Shown: positions 28,655 to 38,144 of the stretch, one piece after another
Layout of the letters: every line of letters starts with the position of its first letter
How positions within the stretch are numbered: the first letter of the stretch is position 1
Origin: Verrucomicrobiota bacterium
Lineage (GTDB): Bacteria > Verrucomicrobiota > Kiritimatiellia > RFP12 > UBA1067
Reading direction: 5' to 3'
Assembly (NCBI GenBank): GCA_050874585.1
Contig: JBNMKZ010000004.1
Span: forward strand, 7 to 64,006
Length of the DNA stretch: 64,000 bases
The notes under the pieces: generated by a model
The model's input: only the letters and a program-made list of their open reading frames with translations
What the model was told of the DNA's origin: nothing
Database searches by the model: none
Made by a program: the position numbers and the translations under genes

Positions 28655-29850
28655 GCAATAATACGAAGGGAATCCTTGACCTTTATCAGGAGAAGTTGAT
28701 GCCGACATATGCGCCGAGCGTGGTGCTGGCGAGCGGCAAGGGTGTGACGGTGCGTGATGTGGACGGTCGGAGTTTCTACGATTTCACTTCGGGCATTGGC
28801 GTTCACAATGTGGGCTATGCGAATCCTCAGGTCGTTCAGGCCATCCAGAATCAGGCCGCCGCGCTGACGCATTCCTCGAATCTTTTTGCAAACGAGCCTG
28901 AGACGCGCCTTGCCGAGAAGCTGGTTGCCCTGTCGGGACTGGGTGGCAAGGTGTTCTTCTGCAATTCGGGTGCGGAGGCGAACGAGGCCGCCATCAAGTT
29001 GGCCCGCAAGTGGGGCTCGGCCAACGGTGGACGCTATGAAATCGTCACGATGCGCCAGGGGTTCCATGGGCGCACACTTGCAACGGTGGCGGCGACGGCC
29101 CAGGCGTGGTGCCAGGAAGGGTACGACCCGCTCCCGGTCGGCTTTGCCTACGCGACTTATAACGATCTTGAGAGCGTGAAGGCCGCCGTCAACGAGAAGA
29201 CGGTCGCCATTATGCTTGAGGCCGTGCAGGGCGAAGGTGGCGTGACACCGGCGACCCCGGAGTTCATCGAAGGCATTCGTGCGCTGTGCGACGAGAAGAA
29301 CCTCCTCATGATTTGCGATGAGGTGCAGTCCGGCATGGGCCGTACGGGCACGTGGTTTGCCTGGCAGGGCTACAATGTGAAGCCCGACCTCTTCACCTGC
29401 GCAAAGGCGATTGCCGACGGCATCCCGATGGGCGCGCTCGTCTCGAATGCGAAACTGGCGGATGTCTTTACGCTGTCGGCCCATGCGTCGACGTTTGGCG
29501 GCAATCCCGTGGCCGCCGCTGCCGCGCTGGCGGTGATCGGCGTTATCGAGTCCGAGAACCTGCTGGCCCGGGCGACCGAGATTGGCAACCTTCTGAAGGA
29601 GGCCCTGCTTGGCTTCGTTGACAAGTACGACAAGCTTCTGGAAGTGCGCGGCAAGGGGCTGATGCTCGGTCTTGTCGTGGATGGCGAGGCGAAACCGGTG
29701 GTGGACGCGTTGCGCGACCAGGGGTTGCTTGCGCTCACGGCGGGCCCCAACGTGGTGCGCTTCCTCCCGCCGCTGGTGCTGGGCGAGAGCGATCTCGAAG
29801 ATGCCGTCGACATGATGTCCGACGCGTTGGATGGGGTGTTCGGGGAATAA
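28651..29850 (+). CDS. argD: acetylornithine aminotransferase (class III)
   Basis: 399 aa, class III aminotransferase-like throughout. ATGA-coupled to argB. Confidence 0.9.
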   Translation: MSNNTKGILDLYQEKLMPTYAPSVVLASGKGVTVRDVDGRSFYDFTSGIGVHNVGYANPQVVQAIQNQAAALTHSSNLFANEPETRLAEKLVALSGLGGKVFFCNSGAEANEAAIKLARKWGSANGGRYEIVTMRQGFHGRTLATVAATAQAWCQEGYDPLPVGFAYATYNDLESVKAAVNEKTVAIMLEAVQGEGGVTPATPEFIEGIRALCDEKNLLMICDEVQSGMGRTGTWFAWQGYNVKPDLFTCAKAIADGIPMGALVSNAKLADVFTLSAHASTFGGNPVAAAAALAVIGVIESENLLARATEIGNLLKEALLGFVDKYDKLLEVRGKGLMLGLVVDGEAKPVVDALRDQGLLALTAGPNVVRFLPPLVLGESDLEDAVDMMSDALDGVFGE

Positions 29851-29876
29851 GAGAAACCATCAGTTTCGGTGATTCG

Positions 29877-29915
29877 GGGATGCCGCGGAAGCTTCGCGGC
29901 ATCCCTTTGCTCTTT
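29877..29915 (+). terminator. rho-independent terminator
   Basis: GGGATGCCGCG / CGCGGCATCCC 11-bp stem, then TTTGCTCTTTG. Confidence 0.75.
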
Positions 29916-30287
29916 GTCGTCCTGCAAAGCCACCTTTAATTTGATGACTTGAAAGGGCCATTGGCCTGCAGAAAGTCCCTAATCCTTCTTGGCAAGACAT
30001 GGAGCGTAAGCATACGCCGTTTCTCCGTTGAGTGATTTCCTGTGAAAGGTGTCCCCAGTCCTCAAGAGATTTCCGCGCCTTGTTACGCGGCAGAAGCCCG
30101 TACTCTTGGGGTGTCTACCGCCTGACGAGGCGGTGGCAGTTCTCGATGCCGCGCTTCCCGATGTGGCTGTAGAATGCCCTCAGACACGGGATGGCCGTGC
30201 GGATTATCATCCACGCGTCGACGGGGAACGAAGGAGTCCCAGCGCGGCGTGCCTGAAGAGAACGGGTTGGCATGGGCAAGGGAAGCG

Positions 30288-30379
30288 TCTGGGATGCGCA
30301 ACCCAACGGGTCTAACTTGCGCAACCGAAGGGGTCTGGGATGCGCAACCCAAAGGGTTTAGGTTGCGCAACCTAAAGGG
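30288..30379. repeat. four tandem 23-bp units with a TGCGCAACC core (array II, left arm)
   Basis: tctgggatgcgcaacccaacggg / tctaacttgcgcaaccgaagggg / tctgggatgcgcaacccaaaggg / tttaggttgcgcaacctaaaggg. Unit 4 contains the perfect palindrome GGTTGCGCAACC. Confidence 0.9.
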
Positions 30380-30463
30380 AAAGGACTAAGGAGGTTTCTT
30401 CAAAGGACTAAGGTGCTTTGATCAAACCACCTTAGTGCTTTGTGCAAAGGACTAAGGTGCTTT
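30380..30463. repeat. four 18-bp 7-4-7 near-palindromes at 22-bp spacing (array II core)
   Basis: AAAGGAC-TAAG-GAGGTTT, AAAGGAC-TAAG-GTGCTTT, AAACCAC-CTTA-GTGCTTT and AAAGGAC-TAAG-GTGCTTT start at 30380, 30402, 30424 and 30446. This is the same unit family as 13447-13530. Confidence 0.9.
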
Positions 30464-30749
30464 CCCGTTCTCCTGCTTGTCTTCACTCGTGGAGACAAGC
30501 CTCTCCACTCTCTGTAATCGTCAAAAACCCCGTTTGTGATGAGCATTTCCGCATCGATTCATGCAGTCGCGGGAGCTCGCATCCGCGCGAACGGGCGCAG
30601 GGTGATGCGCAGGTCCCGCCTGACGGCCCCGTCGTGCTCGTCGGGATTCTGCGCTCCCGGTCGGGCGAGGTTCCTTCCTCTTTTACGGACCCATTCGGTT
30701 TTACAATTTTCCGATTTCTTTTCTGCACTTGCACAGGAGGCGCGGAATT

Positions 30750-30758
30750 TGATACAAT
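30750..30758 (+). promoter_or_regulatory. extended -10 TGATACAAT for infC
   Basis: 34 nt upstream of the proposed start at 30793. Confidence 0.5.
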
Positions 30759-30792
30759 ACGAGAATCATAAACCAAATAAAAGAGGTGGGTT

Positions 30793-31371
30793 ATCGCACA
30801 GTTCACTCGTGTAAACTTCAAGATTCGCGTGCCGCAGGTTCGCGTTCTTGATGCTCAGGGAAAAATGCTTGGCGTCATGCCGACGCGAGAAGCGCAGCGT
30901 CTTGCTGATCAACAGGGGCTCGATTTGGTGGAGATTACGCCGAATGCCGTGCCGCCAGTCTGCAAGATTATGGACTACGGTAAGTTCAAGTACGAGGAGT
31001 CCATCCGGGCGAAGCAGGCACGCAAGTCGCAGAAGGTGCAGAAGGTCAAGGAAATCAAGTTCCACCCTGGTACCGATACGAACGACTTCGATTACAAGCT
31101 CAAGCAGATTCGTGGCTTCTTGGGTGAGGGGTGCAAGGTGAAGTTGACGCTCCAGTACCGTGGTCGCGAGAACGCGCACCGTGAATTGGGCGAGGATGTC
31201 ATCAACCGCGTACTTGAGGCCCTGGCGAACGAGTGCTTCGTTGAGCAGGCGCCGAAGACGCTTGGTCGAGTTCTCGGTGCCCTGATTGGTCCGCCGCGCA
31301 AGAATGCGCCGAAAGCGCCGCGTCCGGCCGCCGAACAGAATCCGGGAGCCATTAAGATTTCCGTGTCATGA
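30793..31371 (+). CDS. infC: translation initiation factor IF-3, probable AUC start
   Basis: The conserved IF-3 N-terminus RVNFKIRVPQVRVLD lies upstream of the track start (GTG 30829). The frame opens after TAA 30778-30780. SD aagaggtgg at 30781-30789 is followed by ATC 30793. Confidence 0.85.
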   Translation: MAQFTRVNFKIRVPQVRVLDAQGKMLGVMPTREAQRLADQQGLDLVEITPNAVPPVCKIMDYGKFKYEESIRAKQARKSQKVQKVKEIKFHPGTDTNDFDYKLKQIRGFLGEGCKVKLTLQYRGRENAHRELGEDVINRVLEALANECFVEQAPKTLGRVLGALIGPPRKNAPKAPRPAAEQNPGAIKISVS

Positions 31372-32069
31372 GCGAGCCGAAGCCTGACTTTTCGAATAGC
31401 GCCTACCTCTTCCCCCACATCAATCGTGAGGGGATGAGGTTTGGGGTGATTGCGCTTGTTCTGGCGATTCTTTTTGCCGTGGCGGCGGCGGTTTTTCTGC
31501 CGATTCTGTCGGTATTGACGATTCCCTTCTTCCTCTTGGCGTATGGGGTCTTCCTCTTTTTTAGGGATCCGGACCGTTATCCGCCCGAGGATACGAAGGC
31601 GATTCTCTCGCCGGCGGACGGGCGCATCTGCCTCATCAGCGAGGAGGAATTGCCGGATGGGCTGGCTGATGGGCGAAAGCACTGGCGCGTTTCGGTCTTT
31701 ATGAGTGTTTTCAATGTCCACGTGAACCGTCTGCCGACGGCTGGTACGGTCGAGCGGGTTGAGTATATTGCGGCGGGCAAGTTCTTCAACGCGTCGCTCG
31801 ACAAGGCCTCGAAGGAAAACGAGCGCTGCAACTACCTCGTGAAGGCGGACAATGGTCAGGTTTATGGCGTGACGCAGATTGCTGGGTTGGTGGCGCGGCG
31901 GATTGTCCCCCAGGTTGAGGAGGGTGCGCACCTTGATCGTGCCGAGCGTTTCGGACTGATTCGTTTTGGATCCAGACTTGATGTTTACCTACCGGAGGGC
32001 GTAAAGCCTGAAGTCCGCGTCGGCCAGATTATGGTCGCCGGGGAAACGGTGCTTGCGCATCTGTCATGA
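31368..32069 (+). CDS. psd: phosphatidylserine decarboxylase family protein (short form)
   Basis: FGSRLD self-cleavage-type motif; N-terminal TM pair; ATGA-coupled. Confidence 0.85.
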   Translation: MSEPKPDFSNSAYLFPHINREGMRFGVIALVLAILFAVAAAVFLPILSVLTIPFFLLAYGVFLFFRDPDRYPPEDTKAILSPADGRICLISEEELPDGLADGRKHWRVSVFMSVFNVHVNRLPTAGTVERVEYIAAGKFFNASLDKASKENERCNYLVKADNGQVYGVTQIAGLVARRIVPQVEEGAHLDRAERFGLIRFGSRLDVYLPEGVKPEVRVGQIMVAGETVLAHLS

Positions 32070-32905
32070 GCGACGAACAACTTCAGCAGCAGATTCCTCT
32101 TCGGGCGATTGTCCCGAACCTGATTACTTCATTGGCCGCGTGCGCGGGTATTACGTCCATTTCCCTGTCCAGCGAAGGACGTTTCATGCCGGCCCTTTGG
32201 GCGCTTCTTGTGGCCTGCCTTTGTGATGGTGTGGATGGTCGGGTGGCACGACTGCTGAAGGCGAGTTCCAAACTGGGGGCAGAACTGGATTCGCTGGCGG
32301 ATTTCGTCAATTTCGGCGTTGCTCCGGCGATGTTCATGTACTACTGGATGACGGGTGGTCCCGCCCATGTGCTGGCGGATGGAACGCTCGTCTCACCTCA
32401 GCAGATTCGCATCGTCCTTGGGTGTGCGCTCTACTACGCCATGTGTGACTGCTTTCGGTTGGCCCGTTTCAATACAATGCTGGAGCAGCCGACGATGCCG
32501 TACTGGAAGCATTTCTTCACAGGAGTTCCCGCGCCTGGCGGTTGCTGGATGGTCCTCACGCCGGCGATACTTTCCTTTGCGCTTGATGCGAAGGAGATTT
32601 CGATGCCGTTCGCGACATTCCTTCAGAATCCGCTGACAGGAATCTTCATGCTTCTTTTTGTTGGGTCGCTGATGGCCTCGCGTTTGCCGACGATTTCGCT
32701 AAAGGCGATTCATATTCCGCGGCGGTATCTCTTGCCCGTGATGGTCGGGTTCCTCTTGCTGATTGCCCTGCTTGTGCCGAACTTTTGGTTGGCCATGGGA
32801 GTTTTGGGACTCCTTTACATTCTGACCGTTCCCTTGACGGGCTGGTTGTTCCTTCGCGCCCGGGCGGCGTGGGAGCGTTCCTCCCAAATCGAAGCTCGGG
32901 ATTGA
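32066..32905 (+). CDS. pssA: CDP-diacylglycerol--serine O-phosphatidyltransferase
   Basis: CDP-alcohol phosphatidyltransferase motif DGVDGRVAR...GAELDSLAD. Confidence 0.9.
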   Translation: MSDEQLQQQIPLRAIVPNLITSLAACAGITSISLSSEGRFMPALWALLVACLCDGVDGRVARLLKASSKLGAELDSLADFVNFGVAPAMFMYYWMTGGPAHVLADGTLVSPQQIRIVLGCALYYAMCDCFRLARFNTMLEQPTMPYWKHFFTGVPAPGGCWMVLTPAILSFALDAKEISMPFATFLQNPLTGIFMLLFVGSLMASRLPTISLKAIHIPRRYLLPVMVGFLLLIALLVPNFWLAMGVLGLLYILTVPLTGWLFLRARAAWERSSQIEARD

Positions 32906-32925
32906 CTGAATGGGGCGGAGAGGTG

Positions 32926-33420
32926 ATGATGAAGAGGTTCGCGATTCTTCTGGCTCTTTTGGCCGTAGCCGTCGGGTTCTGGCTTTATACGCATTCGGAC
33001 ACGGCGCGAATCAAGGGCCTCTTCCGCGACATTGAGCGAATGGCCTCGCGGGAATCGTCCGAGACGGTAATGGAAGGGGCGTTGCGGGCGCAGTCCCTTT
33101 CATCCTTTGTCCTTGATAAGTGCCGCTTTTCAATTCCGGAGTTCGCCGTTTCGACGGTTTTGTCGCGGGATGATTTCGCAGGTTCCGTTCTGGCTTACCG
33201 TTCGGGAGCGCGTGTCCTGAGCGTACGCTTCAAGGATCTTGAGATAGAGTCCGATTCGGGACGAGCGACCGTAGTTGGTGTCCTTGATCTGAGTGGATCG
33301 GACTTTGAGGGTGCGACGGCGGGGACGTCAGAGCGTACATTCTCGTGCGTCCTTGTGGAGGATGAGGATGGAAAGTGGAGGTTCTCCCAGGTCTCGCTCA
33401 ATCCCGAGCGGCGGGACTAG
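32926..33420 (+). CDS. membrane-anchored hypothetical protein
   Basis: Internal ATG 32926 after the SD ggcggagagg. N-terminal anchor MMKRFAILLALLAVAVGFWLY. Confidence 0.6.
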   Translation: MMKRFAILLALLAVAVGFWLYTHSDTARIKGLFRDIERMASRESSETVMEGALRAQSLSSFVLDKCRFSIPEFAVSTVLSRDDFAGSVLAYRSGARVLSVRFKDLEIESDSGRATVVGVLDLSGSDFEGATAGTSERTFSCVLVEDEDGKWRFSQVSLNPERRD

Positions 33421-33450
33421 GTGTTTGATTTCTTAATGGAAAGGAAAGAG

Positions 33451-33894
33451 ATGATGAAGAAAATGATGATTTTGGCACTTGTTGGGCTGGCTTCTGCGGC
33501 AGTTTTTGCGCACGGCGGTCATCGTGGTCCTGGTTTCCGTCCTGGACCGCCGCCCCCTCGGCATGGGAGTATGTGGGGGCGCGGCGGTAGTAACTTCTGG
33601 CCGGGATTTGTTGGTGGTGCGGTCGCAGGGCTTGTGGCGGGGGCCGTGGCTCAGCCGACGGCGGTCGTCGTCCAGCAACCGGTCGTGCCCGTGCAGGTCG
33701 TCACGCCGCAGCCCGTCATTGTTCAGCAGCCGGTCGTTGTCCAGCAACCCGTGGTCGTTCAACCTCAACCCGTCTATCAGACGCAGAATGTTTGGGTCGA
33801 GGGACGGTATGTCGATACGGTGAATGCGGACGGGACGACGGTCCGCACGTGGCAGCCGGGCCACTACGAGTCGCGAACCGTGCGCATCCAGTGA
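33451..33894 (+). CDS. secreted low-complexity (Gly/Pro, then QQPVV repeats) protein
   Basis: Signal peptide MMKKMMILALVGLASAAVFA. The C-terminal WVEGRYVD...WQPGHYE resembles YXWGXW-type motifs. Confidence 0.6.
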   Translation: MMKKMMILALVGLASAAVFAHGGHRGPGFRPGPPPPRHGSMWGRGGSNFWPGFVGGAVAGLVAGAVAQPTAVVVQQPVVPVQVVTPQPVIVQQPVVVQQPVVVQPQPVYQTQNVWVEGRYVDTVNADGTTVRTWQPGHYESRTVRIQ

Positions 33895-34877
33895 AGGTCG
33901 CCGTTGGCATTTCAGGTGGCGTGGACTCCGCTGTCACGGCCCTTCTCCTGAGGGAGAGGGGCTTTGAAGTCGTTGGCGTGACGATGGCCCTCGGTCGGTC
34001 GGGCGAATCTGCCGCGATTGCGGAAGCGCGGGCCGCCGCCGCGCATTTGGGCATTGAGTTCCAGCTCTTCGACCTCGCGGCGGAATGGAATTCGAATGTC
34101 CTCTCCTATCTGAAGAAGACCTATCTTTCGGGGAGGACACCGAATCCGTGCGTGAGATGCAACGAGACGGTCAAGTTTGGTCTTTTGCCGCGCCTGGCCT
34201 TCGCGGCGTGTGGATGCGAAGCTTTTGCGACGGGACATTATGCGCGAGTGGAGGGGGGACGCCTCTTTCGGGGGGCTGACCACACGAAGGACCAGAGCTA
34301 TTTTCTCTATCGGGTTCCGGCGGATGTTCTTGCGCGTACCATCTTTCCACTCGGCGGCCTGACGAAGTCGGCTGTTCGGGCCAAGGCGCGTGAATTCGGT
34401 CTGCCCGTTGCTGACAAGACTGACAGCCAGGATTTTTGCGGCGGGGACCCCATGGGCATCGTAGGCGCGGCAGAATGCCCGGGCAATATCGTCACGGAGG
34501 ATGGTCGGATTCTCGGACGACATCGTGGTTTTTGGAATTATACGGTGGGTAAGCGCAAGGGGTTGGGAATTGGTGGCGGAACGCCCTATTATGTCATCCG
34601 CCTGAATGCCAGCCGCAACGAAGTCATCGTTGGTTTCAGGGAACAGGCGGTTGTGCATTCGTTTGAGATTGCTTCCGTCGTCCGTTTTCCGGGAGTCGCG
34701 GACGGTCCTTTGGATGTGTCCGTCAAGATTCGCAGTGCGGGGGAGCCGAAAGGGCCTGTGACATGGACAGGTTCTCGTGTTGAGTCGAAGGAGGGCCTGA
34801 TGGGCGTCGCCCCTGGACAAAGTGCAGTCTTTTATCGGGGGGATGAGATTGTCGGCGGCGGAATCATCGTCGGCTGA
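33891..34877 (+). CDS. mnmA: tRNA 2-thiouridine(34) synthase MnmA
   Basis: GTG 33891 overlaps the upstream stop (GTGA). PP-loop ISGGVDS. Confidence 0.9.
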   Translation: MKVAVGISGGVDSAVTALLLRERGFEVVGVTMALGRSGESAAIAEARAAAAHLGIEFQLFDLAAEWNSNVLSYLKKTYLSGRTPNPCVRCNETVKFGLLPRLAFAACGCEAFATGHYARVEGGRLFRGADHTKDQSYFLYRVPADVLARTIFPLGGLTKSAVRAKAREFGLPVADKTDSQDFCGGDPMGIVGAAECPGNIVTEDGRILGRHRGFWNYTVGKRKGLGIGGGTPYYVIRLNASRNEVIVGFREQAVVHSFEIASVVRFPGVADGPLDVSVKIRSAGEPKGPVTWTGSRVESKEGLMGVAPGQSAVFYRGDEIVGGGIIVG

Positions 34878-35069
34878 CCGCCGTGTCGACACTTGGTTTC
34901 CGTTGAGCAAGTGAGCCTTTTAGCTTTGCCGCCGCAATTCTTCGGTACTTATGCCGTGGGGCTGTGCCTTCTTACGGCCCTTCTTCTCGGGTTCGGTTCT
35001 TTCCGTTTTGGATATGCCATGAGACTTTACAATGTTCCTGTAGCGTTCTTCGCCCCATTGTGCGCTTTA

Positions 35070-35078
35070 TGGTATAAT
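35070..35078 (+). promoter_or_regulatory. extended -10 TGGTATAAT, near-leaderless
   Basis: TATAAT ends 8 nt before ATG 35087. Confidence 0.6.
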
Positions 35079-35086
35079 ATCGGGCC

Positions 35087-37012
35087 ATGAAAACGAAGCC
35101 AATGACCGTAGTTGAGAAGATTCTTTCGAAGCATCTCGTCGAGGGGAACCCTGCGACGGATTCCGAGCTGGGCATTCGCATTGACCAGACCCTGACGCAG
35201 GATGCGACTGGCACGATGGCTTATCTCCAGTTTGAGTCGATGGGCGTAGCCCATGTGAAGAACGACTTGGCCGTGAGTTATGTGGATCACAATACCGTGC
35301 AGATTGGTTTTGAGAATGCCGATGACCATGACTTTCTCGCGTCCATCGCCAAGAAATACGGCATCATCTACTCCAAGGCGGGTAATGGGATTTGCCATCA
35401 GCTCCACCTGGAGCGATTCGGCAAGCCTGGGACGACGCTACTTGGGTCCGACTCCCACACGCCGACGGGCGGTGGCATCGGGCAAATTGCCATTGGCGCG
35501 GGCGGCATCGATATCGCCGTCGCCATGGCCGGCGGGGCGTTTCACATTCCGACGCCGAAGGTTCGCGCCATTTACCTGAAGGGCAAACTGAAGCGTGGTG
35601 TGAGTGCCAAGGATGTAATCCTCAAGGTGCTGGAGAAGTTTGGCACGAAGGGGAATGTTGGCTGGATTTTCGAGTACTGCGGGCCGGGCGTTGAGACTTT
35701 GGATGTGCCCTCGCGTGCGACGATTACGAACATGGGTGCGGAACTCGGCGTGACGACGAGCGTCTTCCCGTCCGATGCCGTGACTAAACAGTTCCTCGTG
35801 GCGCAGGGGCGCGGCAAGGACTGGACGGAAATCGTTGCGGATGCCGGTTCGGTGTATGATGATTCCTTCACGATTGACCTGTCGAAGCTGGAACCGCTGG
35901 CGGCGGCCCCGCACAGCCCGGGCAATATTGTGACGGTGAAGTCGATGGTCGGCACGAAGGTAAATCAGATCATGATTGGCTCGTGTACGAATTCATCCTA
36001 CCGCGACATCCGCACGGTGGCCCAGATTCTGAAGGGTAAGCATGTGGCGGATGAGGTTGAGGTCGGCATTGCCTGTGGTTCGCGTCAGGTCGTCAATATG
36101 CTGGCGGCGGATGGGTCGCTGGCCATTCTCATCAAGGCAGGGTGCCGCATTCTTGAGAACGCCTGCGGGTTCTGCATCGGGGCGCACATGAGCCCGTCAA
36201 CGAATGCCGTGTCGCTGCGAACGAACAACCGCAATTTTGAAGGACGTAGCGGAACGAAGTCCGCGAAGGTCTATCTTGTCTCGCCCGAAACGGCGGCGGC
36301 CTCGGCTCTGGCGGGCGAGGTAACGGTCTGCAAGGGTACGACGGCCGTTCCTGCGCCGAAGAAGTTCCCGATTGACGACACGATGTTCCTCTATCGCGAG
36401 ACGGCCGGGAAGGGCGTAAAGGGAACGAAGATTGTTCGAGGTCCGAACATTGCAACCGTGCCGAAAGGCGAACCGCTTGCGCGGAATCTCGCGGGCGTGG
36501 TCGCCATCCGCGTGGGTGACAAGATTACGACCGACCACATCATGCCGGCCGGGGCTCGCCTCAAGTTTCGCTCGAATGTGCCGGAATATGCGAAATACGT
36601 CTTTGAGCCGTGCGACAAGACGTTCCACGACCGTTGCCTCGCCAACAAGGAGGCGGGTTTGGTGAACGTCATTGTGGCCGGCGAAAGCTATGGACAGGGC
36701 AGTTCGCGTGAACACGCGGCACTTTGTCCGATGTATCTCGGCGTGAAGGCTCTGATTGCAAAATCCATTGAGCGCATTCACCGTGCCAACCTCATCAATT
36801 TCGGAATCGTTCCGTTTGTGTTTGCCGATCCAAAGGATTACGACAAGTTAGAAGCGGGCGACCGACTTGAATTGAAGGGCATTCGAGAGGCCGTTGCGGG
36901 TGATGGCGTTCTGATGGTGAAGAGCACGAAGGGTTCGTTTGAAGTGCGGACGACACTTTCGGCGCGTGAGAAGCATCTCATTCTTTCGGGAGGGCTTCTC
37001 GCCTCGTTGTGA
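35087..37012 (+). CDS. aconitase-family hydratase (fused catalytic and swivel domains), probable aconitate hydratase
   Basis: GSDSHT, IGSCTNSS and YGQGSSREHAA motifs; 641 aa. Confidence 0.85.
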   Translation: MKTKPMTVVEKILSKHLVEGNPATDSELGIRIDQTLTQDATGTMAYLQFESMGVAHVKNDLAVSYVDHNTVQIGFENADDHDFLASIAKKYGIIYSKAGNGICHQLHLERFGKPGTTLLGSDSHTPTGGGIGQIAIGAGGIDIAVAMAGGAFHIPTPKVRAIYLKGKLKRGVSAKDVILKVLEKFGTKGNVGWIFEYCGPGVETLDVPSRATITNMGAELGVTTSVFPSDAVTKQFLVAQGRGKDWTEIVADAGSVYDDSFTIDLSKLEPLAAAPHSPGNIVTVKSMVGTKVNQIMIGSCTNSSYRDIRTVAQILKGKHVADEVEVGIACGSRQVVNMLAADGSLAILIKAGCRILENACGFCIGAHMSPSTNAVSLRTNNRNFEGRSGTKSAKVYLVSPETAAASALAGEVTVCKGTTAVPAPKKFPIDDTMFLYRETAGKGVKGTKIVRGPNIATVPKGEPLARNLAGVVAIRVGDKITTDHIMPAGARLKFRSNVPEYAKYVFEPCDKTFHDRCLANKEAGLVNVIVAGESYGQGSSREHAALCPMYLGVKALIAKSIERIHRANLINFGIVPFVFADPKDYDKLEAGDRLELKGIREAVAGDGVLMVKSTKGSFEVRTTLSAREKHLILSGGLLASL

Positions 37013-37094
37013 ACTGTTCGCTTTTGTATTGATGCGGCGGCCTTCGGTTCATGTCCTTGGGTTTGTGCCTGTTGATACAGGGTGTCCTGAATTG

Positions 37095-37103
37095 TGGTAT
37101 AAT
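37095..37103 (+). promoter_or_regulatory. extended -10 TGGTATAAT, leaderless
   Basis: TATAAT ends 6 nt before ATG 37110. Confidence 0.6.
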
Positions 37104-37109
37104 AAGCGT

Positions 37110-38144
37110 ATGAAGTTTAGAAATTCGTTCTTATTGCTTGCAGTTGCCTGTGCTTTTGGCACGGTTGGCGCGGTGGATCAGCCAGGCGTCAGCCCTGGTC
37201 CTGGCGTTCGGTATGCGACCGATGCCTACCCGGGTTTCGACAGCGAGGACGAGATTGTGCGTCCGTCGAAGAAGGAGCCGCGGTGGTTTGCTTGGCTGAC
37301 TGGCCCGAAGATGACGAATGCGGCGGATCAGTTCGCTTGGGCGCAGGCGTGCGAACGTGAGGAGTCATGGGGCGCGGCGCGGCGTGGGTACGATGCGCTT
37401 GTGCGGTACTGGCCGACAGCCCCCGAGGCGGTGAAGGCACAGAAAGCGCTGGCGGATCTGCTGCTTGTGCACGACCTCGACTACGAGGAGGCTTTTGCCG
37501 AGTATCGGTATCTGCTCGACTTCTATTCGCTTGAATGCGACTATGACGCAATTGCCGCGCAGGCGTACAAGGTGGCGAACCTGATGCGCGAGGAAGGCAA
37601 GCACATCCTTTTCTTCCGCTTTGCAAACACGGTGGATGTGCGACGCGCCTACGAGTCGGTTGTCCTGCGGTCGCCCGGCGCGGCATTTGTGCCGGAGGCA
37701 CTCCTGACGATTGCCGAACTGCGCGAAGACGAGGGAAAGTATGAGGTCGCCGTCGAGGTCTATGAGAATCTGCGCAACCTCTACCCAGAGTCGCCAGAGG
37801 CCAAGGAGGCTTTGGTGCGCGAGGCGCGGGTCCGGATGAAGATTCTGGAGGACAACGGGTACAACCGGCTGCGTGTCAACGACACCATCGGTTACCTCAA
37901 GTTGGCCATGCGCGAGGACATTTCAGCGAGTGCTCGGGAGGAGTTGGCCGAGATGCTGGATCGTGTCCAGTGCGATCTTGAGGCAGAGGCCTATCGAGCG
38001 GCGAAGTTCTACGATTCGCGTACGCGCACGCTGCGCTCGGCGGTGAATGCATACGAGAAGTATCTGCGGGACTATCCGACGGGTGCACATGCGGCGGAAG
38101 TCCGTGAGCGGCTGGCGATACTGAAGGAGGGCAAGGAGAAATGA
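37110..38144 (+). CDS. secreted tetratricopeptide-repeat protein (BamD-like context)
   Basis: Internal ATG 37110 gives the signal peptide MKFRNSFLLLAVACAFGTVGA. TPR-like helical repeats. Followed by an LptE-like lipoprotein gene. Confidence 0.7.
   Translation: MKFRNSFLLLAVACAFGTVGAVDQPGVSPGPGVRYATDAYPGFDSEDEIVRPSKKEPRWFAWLTGPKMTNAADQFAWAQACEREESWGAARRGYDALVRYWPTAPEAVKAQKALADLLLVHDLDYEEAFAEYRYLLDFYSLECDYDAIAAQAYKVANLMREEGKHILFFRFANTVDVRRAYESVVLRSPGAAFVPEALLTIAELREDEGKYEVAVEVYENLRNLYPESPEAKEALVREARVRMKILEDNGYNRLRVNDTIGYLKLAMREDISASAREELAEMLDRVQCDLEAEAYRAAKFYDSRTRTLRSAVNAYEKYLRDYPTGAHAAEVRERLAILKEGKEK

Noticed and set aside
30049-30315. ORFs in the 29.9-30.3 kb spacer (30049-30315 +, 30083-30370 -, 30115-30324 -), considered as possible transposase or recombinase remnants.
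   Set aside because: I found no recognisable catalytic motifs, no SD and no clear start context. The region remains unexplained non-coding or decayed sequence.
30288-30467. The possibility that the short-period arrays (13.4, 30.3 and 57.3 kb) are CRISPR arrays.
   Set aside because: The units abut one another with only 4-bp linkers, so there are no spacers of 25-40 bp. The units are not identical, and no cas genes are present in the window.
34893-35090. The 65-aa ORF between mnmA and the aconitase gene.
   Set aside because: It has no SD, it overlaps the TGGTATAAT promoter and the start of the aconitase gene, and its hydrophobic low-complexity product is consistent with chance.
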